From NCBI GenBank assembly GCA_024679065.1, contig JAGIQG010000015.1, positions 20,894,001 to 20,958,000 of the forward strand: DNA of 64,000 bases. The letters run 5' to 3'. The notes under the pieces are model-generated. The model saw only the letters and a program-made list of their open reading frames with translations. It was not told the DNA's origin and searched no databases. The number at the start of each line of letters is the position of its first letter. Position 1 is the first letter of the stretch. Source of the stretch: Sphyrna mokarran (Eukaryota). The translations under genes were made by a program, and so were the position numbers. Positions 49,274 to 61,899 of this stretch are shown here, piece by piece.

Positions 49274-49420
49274 ATGCAATACTTGGCACTAGGATTTTTG
49301 CTGCTCAGTTATCTCCTGGCTAATGTGGACACTGTTCCGTTGGAAGAGCTGGATAACGGGGGCAAACACTGGGTCGTATTAGTTGCTGGATCTAATGGCT
49401 GGTACAACTACAGACATCAG
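49274..49420 (+). CDS. LGMN: Legumain (asparaginyl endopeptidase, family C13), first coding exon
   Basis: Signal peptide [16 protein letters not shown], then [21 protein letters not shown]; donor CAG|GTACTG; acceptor(s) at 49254/49258. Confidence 0.97.
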
Positions 49421-50925
49421 GTACTGCACTACTTAGAACAGCATGAGTAATGTGAAGTTAATTAGGAATTGATTGTTCATGTTTCACTTCCTTTACGATG
49501 TTGATGTTTCACAATGTGGGAAAGTTCTTGGAGTAATCATGCCGAGATATTTTTAAGAAAGGTTGTATTATTTCTGACAGCAAATTCAATTAGCCTTGAC
49601 TGCCTAGCAACTGAATCTAAATAAAACAGAAACTGCACTTCAGTTACAGTACCTTATCTAAAACACCATTCTATGACATTGACAGTTAATCAAACTCACA
49701 AGATGTTCCAGTGCAACAGCTGGAGAAAATATTTTAGAAATTGGCTTTTCATCACTATTTTTAGTCACCCTCACTGTAGTACCAGAATGTTCTTTATTAT
49801 GCATGCGTGAAGTTTTCTCATTCAACAAGCTTTCGAGGGGCAGTTCCTCTACCGATAGTTTACTGAAACTGATGTTAAAATTTAAAGCCTCCACTGTCCA
49901 AGATAATCCCATCTTCATCGTGTGTAATTGGTTGAGGGATCCCTTCTTTATAAAACTCAGATCCCATTCTGCAGCTTGGTTGCCACTGGGAACAGAGACA
50001 TGCTGGGGGCGTGTTATTTTGTGGCTGCATGTCTGAGGAAACAAACAGAGCTTCTAACTAATACTGCTTAAAGAACATCCCCCAATTTTGGTGTACTGCT
50101 AAGGCCTCTGGTTTGTTTTTGCTCTTGTTATTATCTACATTGCATTGGGGATTAATCTTTAACTCTTGGAGCCTCTGGACAGTCCAACAGTAAGAAGTCT
50201 GACAACAGTTGACAGCCTTGATGTGTGGTCAGTGCTTTTGAGGGGGCCATACAGGGTCAGAGTGTGAATGGAATCAGCCATATTGCCTCGTAGTACTCGA
50301 TCCATGCTTCACTTTCTTCAGATATGGTTTCTGTGAGGAGGGCAAGATTGTTGGAGTTTAACCCTTTAAATCTGTGTGTCATTTAATTGTTCTCTGTTTG
50401 TTTTGGGTTATATCTCTAATTGGGGAGGCATTGGCGTAGTGATATTGTCACTGGGCAAGTAATCCAGGAACCCAGGGCAAAATCCCACCATGGCAGATGG
50501 TGAAATTTGAATTCAACAAAAAAATCAGGAATTAAAAGTCTAACAATGACTGTGAAACCATTGTTGTAAAACAAAACATATCTGGTTCACTAATGTCTAT
50601 TAGGAAAGGAAATCTGTCATCCTTACCCAGTCTGGCCTACGTATGACTCCAGATCCACAGCAATGTGGTTGACTCTTAAATGACCTCTGAAATGGAGGAT
50701 AGTTACAGAAGGGCAATAAATGCTGGTCTAGTCGGCGATGGCCATATTCCATAAATGACTAATAAAAAAATTTCTTATTCTATTTAATGCACAACTAAAA
50801 CTGATCTTAAATTTTCATTAGGGCTCACTACTGTGGCTTTATTTGTATTCAAAGCACTTTATAACAGGAATGAATATATACATTAATACATATTTAATCT
50901 AATAAGAGTTTTACCTCAACAATAG

Positions 50926-51023
50926 GCCGATATATGCCATGCCTACCAGATTGTCCACCAGCATGGTATACCTGATGAACGGATTATCGTCATGATGTAC
51001 GATGACTTGGCTCTGAATGAGGA
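50926..51023 (+). CDS. LGMN: LGMN coding exon 2
   Basis: [33 protein letters not shown]; ATAG|GCC and GA|GTAAGT; 98 nt. Confidence 0.97.
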
Positions 51024-51112
51024 GTAAGTATGTTATGAATCAGTTGAAAGAATCTTTGTTGGTGAGTGCCCAGTACTGAAGAGCTTATGTGTTTGTTTTG
51101 CTTAACTGGCAG

Positions 51113-51194
51113 GAATCCTACGAAGGGTATTATTATTAACCAGCCCAATGGAAATGATGTTTATAAAGGAGTACTGAAGGATTATACACAAGAG
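51113..51194 (+). CDS. LGMN: LGMN coding exon 3
   Basis: [27 protein letters not shown]; preceded by an 89-nt intron; 82 nt. Confidence 0.97.
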
Positions 51195-51276
51195 GTAACC
51201 CTCCAATTGGAGTATTCATATCTTAACAAACAAACGAAACATTTGAAGTTTATGTTGAATTGTTAGCTTACATTGC

Positions 51277-51536
51277 ACAGCGGCACACTAGTTAGCGCTG
51301 GGTGACTGTGTGGAATTTGCATTTATCCCCGTGACTGCATGAGTTTCCTTTGGGGTGCTCTGATTTCCTTCCACAGTTCAAAAGTATGCGTGTTAGGTTG
51401 ATTGGCCATGCTAAATTGCTCCTTAATATGAGGGGAACTGCCAGGGTAAATACATTGGGGTTACAGGCATGCGGGATTGTTGTAGATACAGGCTTGGTGG
51501 GCCAAATGATTTCCTGTACTGTGGGGATTCTATGAT
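51277..51536 (+). mobile_element. HE1-like SINE, CR1-type tail
   Basis: Family match. Confidence 0.8.
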
Positions 51537-52289
51537 TTTACACTGTCAGTTGATGAAATTATATAATTCTCTGAGCTATTCCTGGGGTTTAACTGTTAAC
51601 ACCCATATCAGGCATGACTGAAGTCAGTGATATGAATAAGCAAAATATCAATTGTATTTGAGAGATATCTTCATTTCCCTATCAAATGTTAGGAATTGTA
51701 AAATATGGCAGATTCAATTATCTGTGAATATACACATTTGATTGAAGTATTCTTCCACTATTCTATAACTTGGTACAAGGTCTTTGCTAATATTGAGTTG
51801 AACAAGCTGTTCACAAGTGAATTGAATTCATGTAAAAAGAACCATTCTACACATTATCTTCCTGCGAGTACTAGAGCAGCACATCAGTGTACTGAAGCTT
51901 GATTTCTGCAGACACCTGGAAACATTTTCTTATTTGTGACCATTTCACATCATGTTCAGACTATATTTGAGTGTATGTCTTAGTTCAATATTGGAATATG
52001 TGCCCTGTATGGTGGAATCAAGTACATTAATCTCAGCTGATACTTCAGGGCAAAACTGGAGAAGTGCTGCAGTGTTTGGAGCGCTGTCTTTCAGATGAGT
52101 CATTAAACCAAACGAGTCTGTTCTCTCAGGTGGATGTCCTGGCCAAAATGTATCATTAACATCACTACATGGTGATGTGGCCACTTATATATTGTTTACT
52201 GTGAGACCTTTGGCAGTCTTCTTAAATTAAAATCCCTAAATATGAACCAGCCGCATTCGTACTGTGGCTGTAAGAGCAAGGCAGGGACT

Positions 52290-52805
52290 TGGGGAGAGAT
52301 TATACAAACCCTCCCATTGGCACTCTGCACTTTGCCTGGATGAGTTAAGCTCCCCCAACTCAAAAATCTTGCCACCATCAAACACAAAGCACCCCATTCA
52401 TCAGTTTAAACGTTCACTCCCTTCACCACTGGCACACAGTGGCATCAATGTGTGTGCCATCTGCAAGATACACTACAGCAGCCTTGCTGAAAGGTTTTTG
52501 ATCGCACCTTCCAAACCCCTGATCTCCTCCACCTAGAAGAAGAAAGGCAGCAGACACATGGAAACACCAACACCTGCAATTCCTCTTCCTCTCTCAAGTC
52601 AGACATCATCCTGACTCGGAACTGTGTTCTAGTTCCTACACTGTCGCTCAAAATCCTGGCACTCACTCCCTATCAGCACTACGGCTGTACTCACACACAC
52701 ATGGACTATAGTATTTCAAGATGGTAGCTCAGCATCACCTTCTCAAGGTCCATTGGTGATGGGCAAGAAATGCTGGCCTTACAATTGATGCTCACATTCC
52801 AGAGA
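52290..52805 (+). mobile_element. LINE (CR1/L2 group) 3' fragment; the same 3' end occurs at 640-790
   Basis: Decayed HSLHH..TVASMCAICKIHYS-like coding end, then CATGGACT..TTCAAGA..GCTCA..CACCTTCTCAAGG...GGGCAA.AAATGCTGG. Confidence 0.6.
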
Positions 52806-52957
52806 AGGAAAATGATTACACCTCAAAAGTACTTGATTGACAATGAAAGGTTTCAGGACATCATGGGATCATTTAAATATGCTGATACGAATGCAAGTTC
52901 TTTCTTCATTTACACCTCATTTGATCAAGCTTTATTTTCTGTATCCCTGGTATATAG

Positions 52958-53043
52958 GATGTGACCCCAGAAATGTTTCTGGCTGTTCTAAAAGGAGATG
53001 AAGAAGCTGTGAGGGGAAAAGGTTCTGGCAAAGTTTTAAAAAG
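52958..53043 (+). CDS. LGMN: LGMN coding exon 4
   Basis: [33 protein letters not shown]|GAT and AG|GTAAAA; 86 nt. Confidence 0.97.
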
Positions 53044-54313
53044 GTAAAATGATAGTAACTTAATTAGTTTAATGACTTAGATGGATTCTGCTTTTTTGGG
53101 AGGTTTCATTTGATCACTGCTGAAGTTACTGGTGAAAATATCTTTTTATAACAGAGATCCTCTATCAGTTAAAAATGAAGAAGTGATTTCTGTAGATGTG
53201 TATAAATATAGTAACATATGTTCATGAATATTACATTTCTTTCACATAACTAGCATCATGTTACCTGCATCATGCTTATTCTGTATGTTATTTAGAGCAA
53301 AATTATATAGCTAAATACTATTCTAACATTGGCGATTTAGTTCCTGCAAAATTTGGATGCATTTTAATAGGCTATATACTTGGGTAAAATTTCTATGGCT
53401 GTTACTTTTACAAGTGCATTAAATAATGCACCAGAAATCATACCCACTGAGAATCCCTGCTATATTAACTGAATGTTATCCATTTTATAATAGCTACAAT
53501 AGGGGTGAAATTCGATTTTGATAGGGACAATGATGACGAGTGAATTAGTCACTCACATACATTCCATTCAACATCCCTTCCACTGATTCAATGATGAGGA
53601 GAAGTATTTGGTTTATAACGTGGTGGCCAATTGATTGTTTCCACTTTGCACTGCCAGGTCCATCTCCTGTAATCCTTTGAACACGCCAGTAAAGATACTT
53701 TATGATTAAAAAAGAAACACATTGATGTAGATAACATTCTGTACTTTTGAAACTTAAACATTTAGTTTGTATTATGTTAAAATAAAAATAGGCCAAGTTT
53801 TTTTAGTAGGAAGTGACAGTAAGCTGAATTCAACCAAGAATTTCTATATATATGCCAAATATGCAATTCTGGTTTTTTTGTCTGTTTCTCTCTCTCTTAC
53901 TCTTTCTTTCTCTCTCAAACCTTTACCATAATGTGCTTGCCCGGTGATTTTAATCATTTAATGTACATTTATTTGGGCCTTGTTATATTTCAGAGCTACA
54001 GATTTCCTTGCCATGGATGCAGCTAGTTTGACATCTCCTTGTAAATGCTTTAGTTTACTGAATTGAAAGCCATTTTGAGTCACTTGTGGAACATTATTTC
54101 ACTAATTATAGTACCAACTTTTCAAAAGTATCTATTTATACAATTTTGTGCCTTTAATGCTAATAAATTGTTCAAACTACAAAGCTTGAAAAGCCACCAT
54201 GCAAACAGGAAAGTGGATTTCCAGTTTACAACTCTTGTCTTTTAGTTTTGAATAATTTTACAACAGTGTGTGCAGTTCTGTTCTGATTGATATCTCGGAC
54301 TTTGTTTTGACAG

Positions 54314-54389
54314 TGGCCCCAAAGATCATGTATTTGTTTATTTTGCTGATCACGGAGCCCAAGGAATCTTGGCATTTCCCAACAGCGAT
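54314..54389 (+). CDS. LGMN: LGMN coding exon 5 (catalytic His)
   Basis: [25 protein letters not shown]; His codon CAC at 54351-54353; 76 nt; GAT|GTGAGT donor. Confidence 0.97.
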
Positions 54390-54732
54390 GTGAGTAACCT
54401 CTCCTGAAAGCATCAATCATCACTTCCATTTAAGCACAATTATCTGTTACAGGTTTTTTTCACCATTTCCAGTGTCGAAGGTACTACAAGTGCTGTTGAA
54501 TTGTAAGAATTTATAATGTATCTTTCTTGAATAGAAGAAATGTTCATGGTTTGATCTGAAGATCGGTATGGAACATGCATCTTTTCAACAGGAACATAAT
54601 CCCCAAACTAGTAATGCGTTGTACAGGTAGATTTACAGGACCATCTTGCCACTACTGAAGTTGTTCTTTAATGTTTATGCGTTGATCGTGCCTTTCCTTT
54701 TACCTATATTTAGTTACACTTTTTGTTGATAG

Positions 54733-55031
54733 AGCGGCATGGTGGTTGACACGGCTGCCTCACAGCAGCTGGGTTCAATTCCCGGCTTGTGCGGAGTTTG
54801 CATATTCTCCCCATGTCTGTGTGGATTTTTTTCTGGGTGCTTCGGTTTCCTCCCACAGTCCAAAAATGTGCCGATTGAGCGGATTGGCCATGATAAGTTG
54901 TCGCTTAGTGTCGGTGGGGGGGTGCTAGCTGGAGTAAATACATTGAGTTTTGGGGATAAGAGCCTGGATGGGAGTGTGGTTGTATAGACTCGATGGGCCG
55001 AATGTCCTCCTCCTGCATTGTAGGATTCTAT
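54733..55031 (+). mobile_element. HE1-like SINE, CR1-type tail
   Basis: Family match. Confidence 0.85.
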
Positions 55032-55272
55032 GTCTTAACTTCAAGTCCCATTGTCTTCCTATTCTGGAGGTGTCATTTGACACAAGCAAATATTTTTACA
55101 TGGTCTGGTGCCCTTTGTTTTGGCAGGGGCAGAGTTAATTTAACCTGTCCTCCACCTTCACATGTGGAAAGAAGCTTGTAATCTTTTGGTTGGAATGTAA
55201 TGGCCATTCATGCTGATGGGATTTTCCCATCCAACTTGTCCGTTGAGCTGCCTCACTCTTTAAGTCACAATG

Positions 55273-55573
55273 AATCATAGAATCCCTACACTTTAGAAGA
55301 AGGCCATTCAGCCCATCGAGTCTGCATCGATCACAATTCCCGTAACCACACCAAATTACCCTGATAATCCCCCTGATACCAAGGGTGAATTTACCACGGC
55401 CAATCAACCTAACATGCATGTCTTTGTGACTGTGAGAGGAAACCGAAGCACCTGGTGGAAACCCACGCAGACATGGGAGAACGTGCAGACGCCTCGCAGA
55501 CAGTGACCCGAGGCCGGAATTGAATCCGGGTCCCTAGCACTGTGAGGCAACAGGGCTAATCAACGTGACGCCG
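55273..55573 (-). mobile_element. HE1-like SINE, CR1-type tail
   Basis: Family match. Confidence 0.85.
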
Positions 55574-56243
55574 ACAGTGTCTTAGTAATGAGGCAGAGCA
55601 GCGACAAAGAGAGAAATAAACGGAAGCAAGTACTGCAGTCTGGATCCCATCGTCTCAGGGAATGTCCTGCCCATGTGGTCAGAGGCCTGTGGGTTGAAAA
55701 TAGGCTGTTTCAGCTATCTGAAAATATGTGGCAGAAACCCATGACTAGTGTCAATTACTCAATGTCATCCACTTGTGATGTGTTTATCATCTGTTTACAT
55801 CCCTAGCACTTGTAAGATAGGCAACTATCTTTATTTTCTGACGGCAACACTTTTCCAATGGTTATCCAAATCCCTGCAAGTTCTTTATGTGCCCTAAGTG
55901 GATCTCATCTAGCTTTGGAATGTCATAGTTTTACGGTTCTCTGAGAGATGAAACTGGTTTGGAGAAAGGTGTGTCTAGCTGTGTTATAAATTATTTTATC
56001 AAAGTACATTATCATATTCTTAAGGTAAAATTTTACAGCCCTCCCACCCAATGGGATTTTCCAGTCCTGCTGAAATCAATTTGAATGGCTTGCTGCATTT
56101 TCCAGCTGCTACGATTGGGCTATAAATTTCCACCTGTAGTGTAAATCGGAACAGTTCTCATTTTGACTCTTAACGTTTTTAGAATCTTGATTACTTTCTA
56201 ATCTTCTACAACAGTGTTGAATAAAGTGTGGTTTGCTTTTCAG

Positions 56244-56306
56244 CTTCAAGTCGAGGACCTGCAGGATACCATTCGATACATGTATGAGCAAAAGAAATAC
56301 GCTAAG
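56244..56306 (+). CDS. LGMN: LGMN coding exon 6
   Basis: LQVEDLQDTIRYMYEQKKYAK; TTTTCAG|CTT and AAG|GTATGG; 63 nt. Confidence 0.95.
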
Positions 56307-58819
56307 GTATGGTAGAGCCTTAAATACTTCCAGAATGTGGGGAGGAGATGGTGGGTGAGCAAGTATAGAATTGGGATTAAAAGTTTGTTTCACTAAAGCT
56401 TGAAAAAAACTGAAAGTGTTGAGATGAGTCTCAGGACTGCCTGGTATTTAATTATTTTTACTACTGGAAAGGCAGGAAAGAAAAAGAAATCTAGGCCAGA
56501 ATTTTTCAACTGTTCATGCCAGCGGGTGTTTCCCATCCTGCTGCAGTGAACGGAGATTTGGCTTGTTGCCAAGTTTTCACTGCAGTGGGAATGTGGCACG
56601 AACAGGTGGTAAGATCGCACCCCTACTCTTTTTAGGAAAAGAATCAGAACTTGTCTGCAGGCCACTATGTTTGTTTGTTTTATTGTGTTTGATGATTATG
56701 CACTGAGAGTTTTTGGGTACTGTGTGTGGCATCTATTGAGGATGCACCAAGTACTTAGCCTGCTAACTGTGAATTGTTAACTTATGTATTGTTGAATTTA
56801 ATTGTAACTTGAACCATAGAGCCGGACATCCCATATATTCATCTACTGAAGGAGATCATTTCAAGCTAAATGTTTTCAAGTTCATTCTTCATCCCAAAGC
56901 AAGATGTACTGAATTAATATAATGCCAATGCTTCTCATTCTGAAAGCAATAAAGGGAGATTTTTCACAGTAAAATTATAACTATAGGGGCACTATTTTGT
57001 GTAGGAAAGGACTTTTGATTTACTATTGGGTTAGCAGTAACAGTGCTTTTAAAAAATAATTCTGTAAGTGTTTAGTCTGAAATTTGAAGCAATGTTGGCA
57101 CCATTAATGCTTGTTCCAAATGGTAAAGAATTTTAGGGGAAAGGTGGAATAAGAAAAGAATAAGGACAGGTGTTTGTGATGGATCTTTAATTAACAATTA
57201 AGAAGATGTTTGATCTCTTGTATTTTGGTCCACTTTTCTTTCTATTCAAACTTAAAGTTAGCAATTATGTAGATTAAAGAGATACTAAATTGGAATTGTG
57301 CGTACTTAGCAATTTGCTTTCACACAGCATCTTTAATCAATATAACATCCCTTGACACCTCATTGGAATGTTGTCAAACTAAATCTGATGCCAAGCTGCA
57401 GAAGGAGATCTTAGGATAGACAACAAAGGTAGATTTTAGACGATTAAAGGTGGAGCGGGGTGAGAAAATAACAAGAGTTTAAGACGTGGGCTAATGGTGA
57501 TTAAAATCGGGGCTGTGCTAAAGACCAAGATTGGAAGAGCGAAGAGATCTTGGAAGGTTGTTGTGTTTGGAAGAAGTTAGAGATGTGAAGATGCAAGATC
57601 ATAATGGAGGGTTTTGAGTGTGATGGTGAGAATGTTAAAACTGCTTGTGTGATGTTGCTGAAGTAGTTGGAGAATTCAGTGGCATGAACGGTGGTCAGCT
57701 GTAGTGTTACCTTCAAACTTTTGTTCACTGCCTAAGGACAGGAATAGACTTGGCAGTCTGCATGAAACCTGTGTTTTGACTTTGGAATGGAACGTATACT
57801 GCTCGCTGCAGATGAGCAGTCGGCCGTGCAGGAATTGGTTGCCCTACATGCAACGCTCAGATTTTTTGTGAACTCCTTTTGCACAGGTGCTTTTCTGTTG
57901 ACACAACTTTAGCCTGTTGGATCTGTGCCAAAAAATGGAGTCAAATAACTTCTGAGTTTGAACAACCAAGTATCTCTTGGTCTCAAGACTGTCCATTTTG
58001 CTGCCCTATATCTCCTTCGTTATGAGCCCTTTATCTCTAAGGAAGACAGATCAGACTGTTTGCTGTTTTGCCGAGTTTTATATAAAGTATAAACTTCTGC
58101 TAGCAGATGAGCACATTTTAATTTTAAACTAGGAGGTTCGTGGTATTTGGAAAGCAACATCTGTGTTTCCTGCAAGATCAAACTCACGGCATTTTATTTC
58201 TCATACGTCAACCGTATCTCTGGCTAGATCAGCACATCTAAAGAAGAAAGAAAGGCCAAATAGCATCAAAGTAAATGGAATTGAGCAAAAGCTAAGCAAT
58301 AAAGTTTGGTGCATTTAGGTTCTTTTATATTCTCACTACTTAGGAAAACAGATGAAATATGAAGATCTAATAGTTGTTTTGATAATTTATTTACAAGCAG
58401 CTAAAAGTGTTCTAGTAAATCAAATAGCTTTCAGCTACTAACTGTCTATGACTGGCTCAATCTACAAAGCATTGGTTGAATTTTAACTATACCACTCTGA
58501 GCCCACATTATTCAGAAAATCGGACTTTCCTTTAATATGACTTATGAAAACTGCAATAGAAATTGCTGGATGGGATTTTCCTGCTTTATCTGTTTGGATC
58601 CGTTGCCAGTGAGAACGATGAATTTGGCATTCTGGCCAAAACTCCATGCACTTGCAGCAGCACTGGAAAGTCCCAGCTACAAATGAGGGTGGAAAATTTT
58701 GTCCACTATCTCTTGACATAGCAGCACACTGCGTATTATTGGCAATTGATTATTTTAGAACCCAGATTTTTCTGATGACATTTTGATTTGTTTTTTTTAA
58801 TTTGATTTATTGTTTTTAA

Positions 58820-59875
58820 GAGAGAGCAACACAGCACGGGAAACAGGCCCTTCGGCCCAACGAGCCCACGCCGCCGTCATAACTATATAGTAGCAATTCC
58901 ATTATCCTATTATAGATTTAGGTTATTCCTAATATGGAAGACTCTCACTATAGGGACAATTTGTTTCCCAATCAGCCCAAGAGCGAATTTTTGGGTTGTG
59001 GGAGGAAACCGGAGCGCCCGGAGAAAACCCACGCAACCACGGGGAGAACGCGCAAACTCCCGCAGACACCGGCCCAATTCCAAGTGTCTGCACAGCCACA
59101 TCGATAGTCTCTGAGCTGTCATGGTGCCCTTCAGATGGTCCACATAAAGCACTCATTTACGACATGAAGTACCAGGCAACCCATGAATCAACATCCAAGA
59201 GCTGTCCTCGCACCACCTGCCGAATGCATGCTCCTTGTTGGTCAAGTATGGACCGAATTACCTGTGGAAAAAAAGCCGTAGTTAAACAGTCCTACTATAT
59301 CCCTCTATCTGCATACCGCTCATGTGGCTGTCAAAGAGACCCTTAAACAGCCCCAGCGTGCCTGCTCCCACCACCTTACTCGGCAGTGCATTCCACACCC
59401 CCACTACCCTTTGTGTGAAAAACTGCCCTCTAATATTCGTCTTATACATAGCCCCCCTCACCCTATGGCCATGACCCCTCGTCCTATCCATTTCTGAAGG
59501 TGGAAAAAGTTTACCTCCATTTACTCTATTTATACCCCTTATAATCTTATACACCTCTATGAGATCCCCTCTAAGCCGACGTCTTTCAAGGGAAAACAAC
59601 CCCAGTCTATCTAATCGTTCCTCATAAGACAGTCCTTCCATACCAGGCAGCATCCTGGTAAACCTCCTCTGCACTCTCTCCAAGGACTCCACATCCTTCC
59701 GATAGTACGGCGACCAGAACTGGACGCAGTATTCCAAGTGAGGCCTAACCAACGTTCTATACAACTGCAACATCAAACTCCTACTCTTGTATTCTATACC
59801 CTTTTCTATGAAAGCTAACATACTATACGCCTTCTTTATCACCTTCTCCACCTGTGAGGACACCTTCAGAGACTT
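58820..59875 (-). mobile_element. Young CR1 LINE 3' fragment, sister subfamily with SINE-containing 3' UTR (copy C)
   Basis: About 195 uninterrupted ORF2 C-terminal codons (ORF 59282-59992, stop 59282-59284); CpGs retained; 3' UTR homologous to copies A and B. Confidence 0.93.
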
Positions 59876-60672
59876 GTTGTCACGTGTATTGGCATACAAT
59901 GAAAAGTATTGGTTCCTGTGCGATATACAGGCTGTTTGTAGCATATGAAGAACAAAAGAACAAAGAAAAGTACAGCACAAGAACAGGCCCATCGACCATC
60001 CAAGCCTTTGCTGACCATAATGCCCTAACTAAACAACCTTTTGCCCTTGGTCCATATCTCTTTATTCACTGCCTATTCATGTACCCATCCAGATGCCTCT
60101 TACATGTTGCTAATGTTTTTATTTCCACCACCTCCTCTGCCAGCACGTTCCAGCATCCATCGCTCTGCACGAAAAACATCCCCTTCACATCTCCCTTAAA
60201 CTTTCTCCCTTTCATCTTGAACTTGTGCCCCCATCCAGCCTTGGAAAAAAATTCTGACTATCCACCCTGTCAATGCCTCTCATAATTTTATAGACCTCCC
60301 TCAGGTCTCTCCTCAGTCTCCATCTTACCAGTGAAATACATAAGGGAGAAGGAAAGGAGAGAAATGCAGAATGTAGTGTTACAATCACAGCTAGGGTGCA
60401 GAGAAAGATCAGCTTAATATATGGTAGGTCCATTCAAAAGTCTGATGGCAGCAGGGAAGAAGCTACTCTTGAGTTGGTTGGTATTTAATCTCAGATTTTT
60501 ATATCTTTTTCCTGATGGAAGAAGATGGAAGAGAATATATCCGGCTGCATGAGGTCCTTGATTATGCTAGCTGCTTTTCCAAGGCAATGGAAAGTGTAGA
60601 TAGAGTCAATGTATGGGAGGTTGTTTGCGTGATGGATTGGGTCACATTCACAACCCTTTCAATTTGAAGTGG
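59876..60672 (-). mobile_element. Rex1/Babar LINE 3' fragment split by CR1 insertions
   Basis: Pieces at 59876-59946 and 60339-60672 match the other Rex copies; the tail repeat TTTGATTT is displaced to about 58785-58812. Confidence 0.75.
59947..60338 (-). mobile_element. CR1 LINE 3' fragment nested in a Rex/Babar element
   Basis: RLRRDLREVYKIMRGIDRVDSQNFFPR in ORF 60212-60433; (GAACAAA)n tail. Confidence 0.85.
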
Positions 60673-60858
60673 TGTTTAATCATTCTTCTATGGTTTTGGT
60701 TAAGTTCTACAACTGCTACGTAACTGCTAATTTGTGTTATTTCCAAATTCAGCAGAGGTTTTGGTGCCTTTTCAGTGTTCCAGAGCAGAATTTTAAGGAT
60801 GCAGTAATAATTGTATGTTATGGGAGATATTTGATGACCCATTACACTGCTTCCACAG

Positions 60859-60925
60859 ATGGTGTTTTACATTGAAGCTTGTGAATCTGGATCAATGATG
60901 TTAGATCTGCCGACGGACATTAATG
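60859..60925 (+). CDS. LGMN: LGMN coding exon 7 (catalytic Cys)
   Basis: MVFYIEACESGSMMLDLPTDIN; Cys codon TGT at 60880-60882; 67 nt. Confidence 0.97.
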
Positions 60926-61334
60926 GTATGAAAATTATAAAAGTTTAAAATTGAGTGGGAGAAATAAAACTTAATATCAGAATGCCAAAAAGAGCATTGT
61001 AATGACTTGACATTTTTTTGTAAATACAAAACTGTGCCTCGAATCTGCTGTACAAAAACAGGAGTTGTCTGGAAACTCGGCCTTTTCACAGTGTGCCATG
61101 CATCAACTTTTGTTGATAGAGTAAAAATAAACTTACCAGGACAATTTGGCCAGGCACTACATTGGTGCAGTACAGCTTCAGACTAATTATCCCCCTTGCT
61201 GCTCACTTGCTTGTCTATTCCCATGCTCTGATCTATGACTCCACCCAACCTGGTTTAACCCGAACCACCAGAATTGGAAGGTTCATAAATCCAGCACAGG
61301 CCCAATGCTGGATTGGAGACACTGTGCCAGTAAA

Positions 61335-61640
61335 ATCATAGAATCACTACAATGCAGAAGAAGATCGTTCAGCCCATTGAGCCTACACCGACAAAAATCC
61401 TGCCCATGCCTATCCCTGTAGCTCCATGTATTTACCCTGCTATCTCCATGACACAAAGAGGCAATTCAATCGAGCCAATCAGCCTAATCCGCATATCTTT
61501 GGAGCATAAGAGGACACTGGAGGAAACCCACACAGATGTGGGGAGAATGTACAAACTCCAACAGATGGTCACCCAAGGATAGAATTGAACTAGAATTCCT
61601 GGCTCTGTGAGGCAGCAATACTAACTGTGACAACGTATCG
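61335..61640 (-). mobile_element. HE1-like SINE, CR1-type tail
   Basis: Family match. Confidence 0.8.
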
Positions 61641-61899
61641 CCCACAAAATCTCTCCAATGTGATTGAATGAGCATTATCTTTTCATATTTCATCCTTCTA
61701 ATTTTTTTCCAGCTTTTTCACAAGCTGATTAATATAAATGTGAAAAAAAATCCAGTGTTCATGCAGAGCTCCAGCTTAAACAAGCTTCTGCACAGCAAGC
61801 TAACGTTATTGTAACATCACAAAAATATGATTAGAAATTTTGATGCATGCTGCATTATTTAAATAACACTTTGGCTTTTGACATGTGTTTCACAGTAAA

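Noticed and set aside
52941-52957. GTATCC motif suggesting a U12-type intron
   Set aside because: It lies in the acceptor region, not at a donor; all LGMN and GOLGA5 introns seen are ordinary GT-AG.
54345-54365. Legumain HGAQG as a plant-type ligase determinant
   Set aside because: Ala after the catalytic HG is common in vertebrate legumains, so it is not diagnostic.
58930-58956. T7-promoter-like CTCACTATAGGG suggesting vector contamination
   Set aside because: The upstream bases do not match TAATACGA, and the segment corresponds to the SINE-derived CACTAAGGGACAATTT position within a CR1 UTR.
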